DNA of 64,000 nucleotides, taken from Octopus sinensis (taxonomy: Eukaryota). Positions within the stretch are counted from its first letter, which is position 1. Every line of letters starts with the position of its first letter. Under the pieces are notes generated by a model, which did no database searches, was not told the origin of the DNA, and was given only the letters and a program-made list of their open reading frames with translations. The stretch is from NCBI RefSeq assembly GCF_006345805.1, contig NC_043015.1:5580001-5644000 (forward strand). The letters are read 5' to 3'. The translations under genes were made by a program, and so were the position numbers. Shown here in pieces: positions 40,851 to 55,085 of the stretch.

Positions 40851-41274
40851 ATGTAGAACATGTGATACCATCCATAACTGAAGAAGGAGGTAGAAAAGAA
40901 ACAGTGATTTTCATGCTGTCAATATAGTAAGTATGTAAAAAAAATAAAATAAACAATTTGTAGCTATATTCAATGGAAATTTTGTGTTGTTCAGCAGACA
41001 TTTTTCTTTCAGTATGTGACCATATTTCACCTTACGGAAATATAAAATATATAATATATAATAAACTATGTAGAATATGTGATACCATCCATAACTGAAG
41101 AAGGATGTAGAAAAGAAACAGTGATTTTCATGTTGTCAATATAGTATGTAAAAAAAATAAAATAAACAAGTTGTAGCTATATTCAATGGAAATTTTGTGT
41201 TGTTCAGCAGGCATTTTTTTCAGTATGTGACCATATTTCACCTTACGGAAATATATAATATGGGAAATAAACTA
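40851..41274. repeat. About 217-bp tandem duplication
   Basis: ATGTAGAA.ATGTGATACCATCC...AATAAACTAT starts at 40851 and 41068, with few differences. Confidence 0.95.
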
Positions 41275-41422
41275 TTTGAATGGATTTTTAATGCTGCGAC
41301 ATTTAATCGTATATCGAAAAACAAATTAACATTCAGTTTTTTGTCAACACTAAGACTACATAAATAATAACGGATACATCGTTCTTAGGCGTTTCACAAA
41401 TATAACACATGAATCTATTACA

Positions 41423-41838
41423 TAGGCGCAGGAGTGGCTGTATGGTAAGTAGCTTGCTAACCAACCACATGGTTCCGGGTTCAGTCCCACTGCGTGGCAT
41501 CTTGGGCAAGTGTCTTCTGCTATAGCCTCGGGCCGACCAAAGCCTTGTGAGTGGATTTGGTAGACGGAAACTGAAAGAAGCCTGTCATATATATGTATAT
41601 ATATGTATGTATGTGTGTTTGTTTGTGTGTCTGTGTTTGTCCCCCTAGCATTGCTTGACAACCGATGCTGGTGTGTTTACGTCCCCGTCACTTAGCGGTT
41701 CGGCAAAAAGGAGACCGATAGAATAAGTACTCGGCTTACAAAAAAAGAATAAGTCCCGGGGTCGAGTTGCTTGACTAGAGGCGGTGCTCCAGCATGGCCG
41801 CATTCAAATGACTGAAACAAGTAAAAGAGTAAAGAGTA
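41423..41838 (+). mobile_element. SINE-A, full length, well preserved
   Basis: TAGGCGCAGGAGTGGCTG head to GTAAAAGAGTAAAGAGTA tail. Confidence 0.95.
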
Positions 41839-43121
41839 CATGATTTTCAAGTGGTTCAATACGAATGGATGAACAAAAATCGCAGTCAATTTGTCAACAG
41901 AAAGAATCAAGCTGCATTCTTTGTTTAGCAGTGTTCGGAGCAACTGACTAATATTCCGATATATCAGCGTGTCTTATTATACATTGTCTCGCTGAATACC
42001 GGCACTCCATCATTTCAATACAAGACATTTGAGAAACACGTTTCGAAAATTTCCAGTTTGTAACTATATCTACTATATAAGTGAACGTATGTGTGTTTAT
42101 GACTATAGCGCAGAAAGGCTTTTGAAACGGTGTGCCCTAGAGAAAAATGGATTTGAGTTTCGAAATCTCAGTCCCAACGGGAAGGAATTCGGTTATAGGG
42201 AAAAAAATTATTTATATTTTGCTGCGAGAAGTAACTTTTAGATCGATAAATCTCACATTCTCCCTTATGCCTTCCCCTCTCTGCATATATTTACTACACA
42301 TTCTATCACTCTCTGTTTAAGTATATCTCTCACGCATGTTATCTCTCCCTCTCTCCTGTCCGTCTTCATATTACATGATATTTCTTTTAATTTTGTTTAA
42401 ATCTTCGTGAATGTTTAAAACTTCGTGATGTAATATTTACTTGCATTCTATGATATACACTTCTGTCACGCAGAAAATGCTACTTTCCAAATCCTGTTTC
42501 CTGATTGGGTAAAAAATTATCACGCTTTAATTCTCTGTAAAACTTTTCTAATATTTTTCCATAATACATGAATCGCAAAATCGGATTCAGCTTCAATAAC
42601 TTATATCAATATCCCGAATTAAAAAAAATGTTCAGCTAGTTTTAAAATTTCAGAATTTCAAAATCTCTCTTTCTCTCTGTGATTCTCTGTCTATCTGTCT
42701 CTCTCTCTCTTCCTCCTCTCTCTCTTCCCCCTCTCTCTCACTCTCACTCTTTGAGTATCTCTTTCATTTATGCCAGGCTCATTGTAAACTTTACCCCTCT
42801 TTATATTTATTTACCCCACTCGCTCTCGCTCTGTGCGTATGTAAATCGATCGCAGTTTGTGTGTGTCCGTGTGTGTGTACGTTAGTGCATCTGTATGTAA
42901 GGAATTTAATTAGGGTGACAGAGTCGTAAAACCGTTACGAAGCATCAGCAACGAGCTACAAATAACCTTTCAGTCTTTGCACTAAACAGAAAAACAATAA
43001 CTTAGTTTATCGACACATTTTAAATTTCCCGAAATAATGCAGAGATCTGTCTTCATCAAGAGACATATTCATCAGGGAAGCTAAGATCTTCTGTGGAACA
43101 AAAATACACACACACGCACAC

Positions 43122-43200
<79 letters not shown>

Positions 43201-43212
43201 TACACACACATA

Positions 43213-44090
43213 CAAGAGGTTACTCAGAAGTAATCGGAAGCGCTCTCTGAGACAAACCCGTCATGGTTCAGGCTTCCGCTCCTACAAACCACTTGATACT
43301 TCAGGCATCACTCTGCCGACTGGCGCTATTCAGTGATCACATGCAGTCACGTGATGCGTCTTTGTGTCAGTGCTCCTTCCTTGTTCGGCCATTTTTACGA
43401 TGGCTGAAACGAAGGAACAACATTGCTCCACGAAATTCTTATTTGTGCTGGGCAAAAAGGCTGCCGAAACAATTGCCATGCTACAAACAGCTTACAAGGA
43501 CGCTGTCATGAGCAAAAAGAATGGCCAATTGCCACTAGTCGCTTGAAAACCAATCTCGTTCCGGGTGACACTCGGATACCTGAACGAAGGAAAACATGAA
43601 AATTCATGGATTGATCTTGGACGATCATCACCGAACAATTTGATAAACTTGTTGAATAGACTGGTATATTGTGGAGCTCTTGCCAACGAATTTTGAGCGG
43701 GGAATTACGAATGAAAAGAGAGGCATCAAAATCTGTGCCTACCTAGCTCAAGAAATATCAAAATAGATCTCGACAAAATGCGTGTCGTGAACTGAAAGAA
43801 CTGTTGAAAATTGATCCGGGCCTCTTTTCGAAGGTCGTCGCTGATGACGAAAAAAATCGACGCTACGATATTTGCGGATGTGGAAAAGGTAAAGAAAAAA
43901 TTCGACGAAGGACTTAAAAAGAATCACCTCGCAAGTGTTCCAGCACTGCTTCGAATAGTGGTAAACGCGCCTGGACCGAGGCATTGCTTCAAATGGAGAC
44001 TACTCTGAAGACGATTAAAGCGTTAGCATTTAAAACTATGTGAATAAAATGATAGTCCGTAATTCTTATTTCTTTTGAGTACATATAATC
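43213..44090 (+). mobile_element. Internally deleted mariner element
   Basis: TA|CAAGAGGTTACTCAGAAGTAAT left end. Transposase remnants: MAETKEQHCSTKFLFVLGKKAAETIAMLQTAYKDAVMS, ASKSVP (WVP region), KVVADDE, FADVEKVKKK, NGDYSEDD*. The catalytic core is deleted and the right TIR decayed. Confidence 0.75.
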
Positions 44091-44418
44091 ATGTAGTGCC
44101 GCAATAGTGAGTGTCCTGTAACTAGAAAACCTCTCAGATTTCTATTGACATAAACCTAGGATGACATTTGAGATTAGCGAATGATACTGACACAACAGAG
44201 TCGCAATTAAGACTTAATGCACTGGCATGAAGCTACTTATGTTCAGTGATTCCTTAAAGATAATTACATCATAACGCTAGATTAGATTCAATAAATATTC
44301 ATAAAATATCCTGAACTGTACAAAGAATATTCACACAGCAGCTTCTTGTCGTAGACATTGGTTTCGTAATATGGAAGCGTTTTACAACCACTGTCATAAC
44401 GTTACAAATGATCAGGTT

Positions 44419-44458
44419 TCTACTACTACTACTACTACTACTACTAATAATAATAATA

Positions 44459-44517
<59 letters not shown>
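44419..44517 (+). repeat. (CTA)n(AAT)n tract
   Basis: Directly visible. Confidence 0.95.
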
Positions 44518-45269
44518 CACGACCAATACATCCACTACTACTAAATGTACTACTAATACTTCTCCTCTTCTACTTGGTCATTATCTTCTATATCACCTCG
44601 TTCTTCCTCATATACTCACCATATCCTTTCTCTCTTCATTTACCTCTTCATTCTATTCTGCTTGTTCTTGTTTCTCATTTTCATTTTCGTTTCACTTCTT
44701 TGGTCTTTTTTTGCTTTTTTTTTTTTTTTCGAACACGTGAAAAATGTTCTCTTCTGCTATTGATGAGAGAGAATGCACTTCTCGTAATTTCCTGTTCTGA
44801 CGTTATTGCGATTCCATACATACAAACATGCATACATACATACATATATATATATATGCATTCTTTCGCGGTTGCTTAAGAAAATTTCCAATTGTTTTCT
44901 ACATTTCTCCTCATATTTCCATTACGATGCTCATGTTTTACAAAGCGATTGTCTTAATAGCATACATTTTATATCAGCCTGCATTAAAAAAAAAAAATTG
45001 TGGCTTGCTTGCTGATTGCAGAACAAAGTATTAGCAAATTATTATCGGAGTATTCATCAAAGATATCACTATCATTTCTCCTGTATGTTCCACCACTCTA
45101 TTATCAACAATATAAGAAACGGACTTCTATCATTTGTATTTATTTTATTTTATTTCCTTAATTTTTTTTCTATTGTCAACATCTTTCTCACCCTCCTCTC
45201 TATCCTCACTCACCCTCCTCTCTATCTTCACTCTCTCTCCCTCTCTCTCTCTCTCTCTCCTATATATAA

Positions 45270-45430
45270 TATATATTATATATATATATATATATATCCT
45301 TCTGTTAGACTTTATCATTTTCTACTTTCTTTTACATATTTCGAAACACGTTTCTGTTGTTTCTTCTTTTGTTTTCTATGGTCTAGAAAATCTCAAGAAA
45401 TCCATGTCTGCATATCTTAATGGACAGAAG

Positions 45431-45495
<65 letters not shown>

Positions 45496-45496
45496 C

Positions 45497-45546
<50 letters not shown>

Positions 45547-45689
45547 GATATATATATAATATATATATATATATAGTATTTATATTTATATATATATGTA
45601 TGTCAATAATTTATATATTATGTATATAATTTATATATATATATATATGTATGTATATATATATATAGATATATTATATATATAAATAT

Positions 45690-45737
<48 letters not shown>

Positions 45738-46110
45738 CATATATATATATGTATGTATATATGAATATATATATATATATAGATATAATATATATATATA
45801 TATAGATATATATATATATACATATATATATAATATATATATATAATATGTATTTATATTTATAATATATGTATGTCAATAATATATATTATATATATAT
45901 ATGTATATATATATATATACACATATATATATAAATATAGATATATATTAGATATATATATATAGTATATATATATGTATATATATATTATACATATATA
46001 TATGTATGTATATATGAATATATATATTATATATATATATCTATATATATATATAATATATATATATATATACATATATTATATATATGTATGTATATAT
46101 GAATCTATGT
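45270..46110. repeat. Large interrupted (TA)n field
   Basis: Directly visible; source of the YI-repeat ORFs. Confidence 0.95.
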
Positions 46111-46968
46111 ATATGTATGTATAGAATGAAGGTCTCTTTATATCATTAATGGTATTATGCTAATTCTGCATGTACGGACTTAACTAAGATGCTTTTGATT
46201 TAGCTTTATACCATAGAATTCAAAGTTACGTTCTCTTATTTTATCTTTTTTTTTCTTCCTTTCTTTTTATCAATGCCTATCTATTTCATGTATATGAATG
46301 ATTAACTTTTGGTTTCCTTTTCGTGACAACATGGAAGGCTATTAATTTCTCTACGTTTAGAGAAAGAATCGTTGATGCGAAATTACAGGGAAGGCTACAA
46401 ATTAGTTCATAGAAGAATGTGTTGCAAGAAGTATCATTATTAACAATAGGGAAAACTAGTCTTTGTTACTGCCGTGGAATAATATTGGGTAATATATATT
46501 CTGCGATCTTTTTTCTTGATTCTTGTTGTGTACTAACTGATTGGTTACAATCTACATTAACTATAACGACGTCTGTGTTAAAATTTTCACTGTTGCAATA
46601 ATATAATTGGAATTTGCTAGTGGAACTGTTCTTGCTTGCAAGTCCTCATTTATTTGTTTATTTATCTATTTCTTTATTTGGTTGTTCGTTTCTGGTTCTA
46701 TCCTAACTCATAGTATTTGCCTACAACATCCAAATGAAAATTTGCGCACTAAAGACATTGAAAAAAAAAACTGAATTTGGAATGTGTATAAAAAGAAATA
46801 TATATGTATAAGAAAGAAACATTTAAGTTTGTATATTTTAATATTGTATACTTTAAAAACGAAGCTGTGATGCGCTAAGAAAAGAAAAAAAAATGAACAT
46901 ATTTGGTGTTACTCAATGAACTCACTTCTGTGTCACCGCTCGATCATTCAAGTTCCTGTTGGACAATA

Positions 46969-47202
46969 GCTATTTCTTTACTACCCACAAGGGGCTAAAC
47001 ATAGAGGGGACAAAAAAGGACAGACATAGGTATTAAGTCGATTACATTGACCCCAGTGCGTAACTGGTGCTTAATTTATCGACACCGAAAGGATAAAAGT
47101 CAAAGTCGACCTCGGCGGAATTTGAACTCAGAGCGTAACAGCAGACGAAATACGGCTACGCATTTCGCCCGCCGTGCTAACGCTTCTGCCAGCTCGCCGC
47201 CG
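46969..47202 (-). mobile_element. SINE-B full-length monomer with 12-bp TSD
   Basis: TGTTGGACAATA at 46957-46968 and 47203-47214. Confidence 0.95.
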
Positions 47203-47667
47203 TGTTGGACAATACCGTAAATCGAATGACAGGAACAATGGAAATTTTCTCTATTACGCAATATTCCCGTAAACACTTTTGCGATTAGAACAAACATGCT
47301 CTTGAATCACAGAGAATTACTCTCAATAACAAGAAAATAGATATCCAAGGATGCTGAACGCATAAAATACATAAAATACATAGCAACAAACTTCATCTAA
47401 GATTTCGTGATCAGAGGAGTCAAGATGGAGTTCACGTGTATGTCACTGGTGATTATAAGATTGTGTGTGTGTGTGTGTGAACGTGTGTGTATGTGTATAT
47501 GTCTGTGCCTCTGTGTGTGTATTCGCGTGCTTGTTTATGCAAAACATGTGCTTGGACTACTTTTTCTCCTCCGGACGTTTATTTTCTCCTCTTTTTGACG
47601 AAGAGCTATGCTCGAAACATTATACACTTACACATTTTTCGACCTTTCTGGCTTTGTGATTTTGTGT

Positions 47668-47711
<44 letters not shown>

Positions 47712-47752
47712 ATATATATACGCATATACATATATCCACGTGTGTATATATG

Positions 47753-47784
<32 letters not shown>

Positions 47785-48099
47785 TACATAGAAAATAGAA
47801 AAGAGTGAAAAAACTACAGAAGGCTTGTTGTATAAGGTTAAAGAATATATTTAAGTCGTTATGTTAGAAGAATGTTATAAAATTTTGCTTATACTAACAT
47901 AGATTTTGAAGAAATTACCGGTTTCGTGTTAACTTTTCAAATTTCTCAAATGTCTTTACCAACATCGTGTCATGTCTTCGTTATGCAGTGCAAAGAAGAG
48001 TTCCAGGCAGATAATAAGCGATTTCTTCCGGTATAAGGGAGATAATCGCTTTATATTTATTTTCCCTTATTCAATGAGATGAGTTTCTCTGTATAAGAA

Positions 48100-48300
48100 T
48101 GTTAGAATGGTTAAGTTCAGGCTTATATTTTTCAATGAAGAATGTTTCCTTGTTTAATCTAATTTGTGTTGGTGTTCTAATAGCACATTGATAGAATGGA
48201 AAGATTAAAAATTGTGGTAGTATTTGCTTTGCGCATTTCTGAATATGCTCACTAAAAGGTACCATTCTGTATTCTGGGAATGCAATCTGTTGTCGATGCA
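48100..48300 (-). pseudogene. Penelope-like GIY-YIG endonuclease C-terminal remnant
   Basis: HRQQIAFPEYRMVPFSEHIQKCAKQILPQFLIFPFYQC..IRLNKETFFIEKYKPELN follows the PLE H.QQI...SEH..C...IFPFY....E..FI..YKP.LN pattern. Cut upstream by a TA tract. Confidence 0.8.
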
Positions 48301-48301
48301 T

Positions 48302-48356
<55 letters not shown>

Positions 48357-49229
48357 GTCATTTAAAATAAACACACGATATAATGAAACTGATTACGAGT
48401 GTGTGTACAAGAAATATTTTAGCTTCAAACTCGAATGAATGAGAGAGATTAATATTTCGAGCATTTCTCTTCGCTGGAAAGGAGAAATGGAAAAGTCCAA
48501 AGAAGGAGGAATAGAAGAAATCGCCTAAGGACCACGAGTAGTTACGTTGCTGACAAGAATCTCGGATCTACGTCTGTGTTCTTAGCACTGTATATCTTCA
48601 GGCCAAACTGGATTGTATTTGGTGTTCAAAGATCGCATCCACCATACTATGGATAGACAGATTACCTTTCCACATTATTACTGCTTCCGGTGGTCACATA
48701 CGCATGTGGGTGTTTGTGTATGTGTGTCTGTATGTGTGTTCGTGTAATACAGAGTGTACCATTTGTCAAGTAAACATGTGCCTTCGCAGTCATGGATCGT
48801 ATTTGCATTAGAGTCATAATGAGTATCATAATAAGAAGAGAAAAATCAATTCCATTTATGTTTAATATACACGTTAATTTTCCTATGCTGAGGATAATTT
48901 TATAAATGCAGTTGTTTAAAGATGATTAAAATTATTTTACATATTATATAAACTAAACAGCGTCTTTATGATTAAGATACATATTGTGAAGAGCTTATAA
49001 TATCTTACAATTGTTAAATTAGATTTCACATACACTCAAATAAAATCTTCATGAAATTACTAAGTAGTTTTGCTTATATGAAATATATTTGTTTCAAGGA
49101 GGGCAGAATATGAATTTATACGTACGAAAGCTCTCATGTAGACGCACACATACACACACACACCTACACACACAAACACACAAACACACAAATACGCGTA
49201 CACAAACCCACATTCATAAACACATACAT

Positions 49230-49436
49230 CCGTAGATATACATATATATGTATGTGTTAGTGTGTGTGTGTATATATATATGTATGTATATAGGTATGTA
49301 TAAATGTGTGTGTACTTATATATATATATATATTCATATATATGTATATAGGTATGTATATATGTGTATGTATACTTATATATATATATCATATATACAT
49401 ATATATATATACATATATACATATATATATATATAC

Positions 49437-49476
<40 letters not shown>

Positions 49477-49507
49477 TACATATATACATATATATATACA
49501 TATATAC

Positions 49508-49542
<35 letters not shown>

Positions 49543-49543
49543 C

Positions 49544-49595
<52 letters not shown>

Positions 49596-49740
49596 ATTCA
49601 TATATATATATATATATGTGTGTGTGTATGTGGGCATTTCTGTGTATGTATGCACGATTTATTGTATATATATATATATTTTACAAACAGCCACATATGT
49701 ATATACATGCGATTTACATACTTATATTTATATTATAACA
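49230..49740. repeat. Large TA/TACA/TG microsatellite field
   Basis: Directly visible. Confidence 0.95.
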
Positions 49741-50149
49741 TACACGCACCCATACAAACGCGCGCACACACACGTATACCCAGTGTGCGCGCGCATCTGT
49801 ATAGAGTCGAAGAAATGAGAAAATTTATCAAAATTTTCAAGTAATCTCTTATAGTTTTATAAATATTTACAAGTATTCTTGAGTACTTAATTTTCTGAGA
49901 TACTTCTCTCGGGTAATATAAACGCATATTCGAAAATAGACTAACTGTGAATATAGTCAACAAATACTGAAACTTAAGTATATAAGAAATGTTATTATTT
50001 AGACTGGATACAGTAATAAAAAGCAAGTTATATGTATTATTTTTAAAAAATAAATTATTTGAGTATTTGAGGTGAAAACAAGTTTGGAGTAAGATTGTCT
50101 TACCTTGCAAGCAGACGGAGGAATCAATATAATATATTTCTATTTTTAC

Positions 50150-50180
<31 letters not shown>

Positions 50181-50453
50181 TGTATGTATGTATGTATGTA
50201 TGTATGTATGTATGTATGTATGCATTATGTATGTATGTAATGTATATATGTACGTATGTAAGTACGCACATGCGTACATATCTATGTGTTTCTATGTATG
50301 TATGCATATATATATTATATTAAATTAGAGATAAAACCACTATTAGGCAAATCAAACAATGAAAAACTTAAGCCAATACATAAAATTAATTAATTTATAT
50401 TATTTTAAAAATATATCAAAAGTATTAAAAGATTAATAAAAGATAATGATTAA

Positions 50454-50527
50454 AACACTACGATCGTTTCATGGCTGTCCAATTCGTAATAATTCGAGTT
50501 ATGGTTACAGTCAATCTTCAGGTGATT
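50454..50527 (-). ncRNA. Hammerhead-like fold, imperfect stem II
   Basis: AAUCAC CUGAAGA UUGACUGU...ACAGCCAU GAAA CGAUCGUA GUGUUU; palindromic stem III ACGAUCGU, GUA triplet. Confidence 0.45.
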
Positions 50528-52020
50528 GAAATATCTAAAATATAATCAGAAATATTCAAACAATATTTTTAAGATATAAATAATATAATAATTTTACTTA
50601 TAATAAACTCTATTATCACTCTAGAAACATAGAACCTAACAATCCCGGGCTTTGTGCCTAGAGCTGCCCACCCCGCCAAAAAACACTATATTGTGTTTGT
50701 TAAACAGTGATTTTTTAAAATCTGTCATTCTTGTGTAAATTTCCATGTGATTTTATATATTTCGTCGTGAGGTCTACTCCCGATTCTCGTTGAGAATATT
50801 CATATATTTAACGAAATGTAATGAAATCTCGGACATTGAGCAATAAATATCTGTTCGAGATGATAATCAAATTCAGCGGCTGAGAGTCTCATCAGAAGTA
50901 CACGGAACGTGCTGTTTGGTAAATACATAAAATACGTAAAATGATGGCGAGTACTACCAACTTGCGGATGATCGTTTTATGTTAGTCGAAACTAGGCATC
51001 GTTATTTAGCAAGAAGTAAAAAGTCAAGTTATGATTGGTGTGAATAGTCATAGGGGGCTCTACACCGTTCGCCAGATTTATTATAATGAAATATCTTAGA
51101 AGAATTTTGGAGCTTCTTAGTGGAACCTTCTAGAATTTTGTACAAGCAGAAGTAATTTTCTGGAAATAACTTTGTTCTTTAATATATACTGATAGGCTAA
51201 ACTCTCGAAGGCAGGAGGTGCGCAAATCATCGCAAGCTAAGCTCTGGCTAAAACTCGACGCTGTTCTAGTAACACCGTAAATGATCGCTCCCCATAATGA
51301 TCCTGTGAGGTTATCCATTTTAAGTAATGAGGATATATTCTCTTCATACTGATCTCCACAAAATCTGCTGAGAAAGTATATTGACTACTCGGACATGCAT
51401 ATACACACAAATGCATATACATGTCACGTATATGCTCATACATAAACACACACGTGTGTGTGCGTGATGTTTTACATAACTACATTTTACATTCATGATC
51501 TTGTAAGCAAAAGAATCTCATTGAATTTTCGAATACCAACTCTGTGGCACCAAACTTTATACTCTGAATATTCTTGTAGGACATACTAGTGTAATTTCCT
51601 GCATCGAAATTTCGAAGTCATGTAATTCTTAAATCAATAATGCACTTTTATTTTGATTAATCTGCATCTAGTTCTTGTGTTTATCTTAATAATCCATGTT
51701 TGAGGATTGCTGCGAATGCATTGTGTTATGTAGCTTCTTCGATGCATAAATTCGTTCGTGTCGTTACCGTTTACAATGTAAGCAGTAAAAAGTATTATGC
51801 AACATTACAAATAATTCTTAGATTTGATGACCAATGTATTGATTTCAGTTGATATTTCTTTATGCAGATTTATCCTAGCCAATGGAATACAGCAAAATTT
51901 ACATATACATCACGTAATTCCTATCTGATCCGGAGTCTTACTAAATCTTTTGATACAGGCGTATTCCAACAAAAAAGAATATTCATGTATGTTTGTATTT
52001 GCGCGCATCTATATATATAT

Positions 52021-52093
<73 letters not shown>

Positions 52094-52141
52094 CAGGAAG
52101 AGGAGGCAGGCAGAGAGACAAACAGAGCGACAGACTTACAC

Positions 52142-52142
<1 letters not shown>

Positions 52143-52232
<90 letters not shown>

Positions 52233-52255
52233 TATAGATAGATAGATAGATAGAT
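52143..52255 (+). repeat. (GATA)n tract
   Basis: Directly visible; a similar tract lies at about 58176-58260. Confidence 0.95.
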
Positions 52256-52479
52256 GTAGACATGCGTGCTTAGTCAAGAATTTCGCTTCGCAACCACGTG
52301 TTTTCGTGTACAGTCTTGTTCTGAATCATTTCCATTTAAAGTAAACCTCACCAGAGGCGCATACATTTTCAAAATCATCCTTAAATACGAAATAATTCAA
52401 ATATCCGCTATTCTTTCACCAAATAACTTCCTCACATTTCTCTTCTACAAATCAACAATGGAATCACTGCGATGGAAAA

Positions 52480-53300
52480 CATAATGTGAGGGAAACTGTC
52501 CCCTTGGCATCATCCCTTTCTCGAACTCTCTATCTGTTAATTTTTTCACTCAACTAAACTTTTCGTGATTCTAGAACGTTCTCAGCTTCATCTGATCACC
52601 ACTTGCGAGACTACATTGTACTAATTTTTTACTGTAGACCTGCATGTTGCATAAATTTGTCAATCTTTTTCTTCAATTCCCCATGTCCATCTTGCCAAAA
52701 CATTTCTCCCCTACTTTTATTATTTAGTTTTGCAATTTTACCCCAAAATAGCTTTCTTTCATCAGCACTCGGTGTTCTATTATCATTCCTCTCCGTTCCT
52801 TCAGGATGCTTGATTGGAAAATTTGGTTATACTTATATTGGTTGTTTCTTTCTCTACAATGCATTGTCATCTTTTGCCTTTACTCTCTGCTTTAGAGCTT
52901 TGATCGTTATTACAATTATTTTCTTTTTCCTTACGTGAAATATTTTCTCTAATATACCTTTCTTCTCTTTCTTTAATTTTCCCTGCTTACTCTGGCCTCT
53001 TTAACTCATATATTTCCTAATACCATTAATCTTTATTATTATCCACCTGTTCCACCTGAATACTCTCCTACTCCTCCTTTTTGTTCTTTCGTTTTACGAA
53101 ACTATTCTGCAGCTACATTCCATTCGTACGGGGGAATATCAATGGGTTGGTATCTTTCTGAATCAATCTGAATTTTTATGTTCTTTCCCAATCCGTGTTT
53201 CAATTCACCCTCCTCGAATTAAATGCGTAGAGTGTCTCCGATAGCTTCACTTTCTGCCTCTGTGTTTGTTGTTGGTTTTTATAAAGGCTCTACATATACA
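52480..53300 (-). pseudogene. R4/Dong-like non-LTR retrotransposon remnant (pre-RT region)
   Basis: KQGKLKKEKKGILEKIFHVRKK, IKALKQRVKAK, QYKYNQIFQS, TPSADERKLFWGKI, RDDAKG..LCFP follow the R4-clade order (ELKQR..AK / QY.QN..FQ / P..EE...FW / KG..NYRPITCL). Many stops and shifts. Confidence 0.55.
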
Positions 53301-54119
53301 GTTCCCTGTAATTTTCTATATTGCTTCTTGCCTTTGTGAGAGATTTTGCGTAATTCTTGCTATGTCTATATTGTTTGCATTCTCTCTACGATAAGAACAG
53401 TTACTGACTACCTTGTTTTTGTAGGTTGACTGTTGTAATTCTATGTTGTGCTTTCTTCAATTACTAAATCGAAGAGGAAGTTTCTATTTCTAATATATAC
53501 ACAATACACAGTACGTGACAAAACAGCTGTTGTTTAAACAGTCTTATATAATTTAATCTAACCTGCATTATCTGCCTGATTTTTAAATTATTTGGTTCAA
53601 TCCGTAGATAGTATAGTATTACTATCACGTTCGCTATTTTTTTACAATCAACATTTTGTACAATTGTAATAACCTGACAACCGAGTCTGCGTTGCTTAAC
53701 AGCAGAACTACTAGCGGACAAGAGAGCTTTTCCAGGGTTTCCACGTCCATTTGTGCTGATTTTGCTTAGTTATGTATTTGACATAGGGCATTCATATGTA
53801 ATAGAAAGTTTAACGTTATATAGCATAACGTCAAATCATAAACCCTAATCAAATAACAAGTAATGTAAGATTTATGATGTAATGGATTGTTCCACAGTTA
53901 CAGAATATCCATTGCACATGATGTCTATTTCTCATCGATGTCTCTTGAAAACCAAATCAGACGCAGAGTCAATGAAGACATTTCCCATCGCATAATATGG
54001 TTACAAGCACTTCACAAATTACCCACAGATTGCATTATTTGACAGTTTTGTAATGTTCAGTCGCATTTTCCTCCACAACTGTATCGTCGGAGGCATTTAA
54101 ATGTAGAGTAGTTATGAAC

Positions 54120-54480
54120 GGTTTACTTGATGATATTTGTTGTATTTATTGGGGATGCTGCACTTAATGTCTTTAATCTGACATCTGCATTTGGATTGAA
54201 GCTTTGCTCTTTATATCCTAACAGTAGATGGAATAAAACTAGAAAAATATTAAATACTATTGATAGTTCACCTGAGAAAAATAACTCTATATGGCTTGAA
54301 ACGGTATATTATTGAATATCTGGTATGTAAAAGACAAGCAGATTCCAAAGAATATTATGAGTAACATATACCCAATAATTTTATTCTGAACGTTTGAAGA
54401 ATTTCACACTAATGAGATATTATTGGCTACTTCGTCTTTTGATATTGAGGAACAACTTATTAAATAACATCCCTTGCTCG
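54120..54480 (+). pseudogene. Possible PLE RT remnant
   Basis: RF/LDDICCIYW resembles RYIDDIF.IW; QIPKNI..FYSERL resembles SNIP.NI.Y..FYSE.LR. Confidence 0.35.
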
Positions 54481-55085
54481 CTCTCTCTTGGAAAGATATC
54501 TCTTCACAACCTGTTAAATTACACTTAAATGGAGAAGTGGTTATCAGAATGAAAAGCTCAAGAACAGTTTGATTGATCTCTATATAGTTTATAACAGAGT
54601 TAACCATGGTTTATTATTAAAACATATATAAAAGTGAATAAATGACATGGTCTAGGAAAACTCATTGATGTGAAGATACGAAATATCGAACTCCGGGAAC
54701 GAGAAAAGCCAGACAGAAATAATACAAAACGCTCAATCTCAGGTTCCATTCTTGTTCAACAAACTGACGAAGTATCATCCAAACGATCCAAACAGTTTAT
54801 TTACGATTATGTATTCACGGTTTATAAAAGGGCAAATTTCAGCGAAGCCAAAAGAATATTTAGAACCGCGCATGTTAAACGGTTTAATTTATTATAAACA
54901 CAATCATTTATTTGTTGATCTCGTGTAAGCAAAATTTCGTTAGCAAACTAAGAGAAAGCTAATTATCTTACACCTTAGAACGAAGATGAACTACTTCTTG
55001 AATCTCTAATATTCTGGCTTGTCTCTGTATCATTCAGAAATAATTAGATATGGTAAGGGCCATTATAAACACTCTGCATTAAATA

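Noticed and set aside
42069-42250. Helitron-like 5' start (A|TCTACTATATAA)
   Set aside because: No matching hairpin-CTAG 3' end found.
46380-46650. Coding-looking minus-strand frame (SKFQLYYCNSENFNTDVVIV...)
   Set aside because: In-frame stops, no splice acceptor and no recognisable domain.
51122-51136. Perfect heat-shock element GAAccTTCtaGAA
   Set aside because: Nine fixed AT-rich bases are expected by chance in 64 kb, and there is no promoter context.
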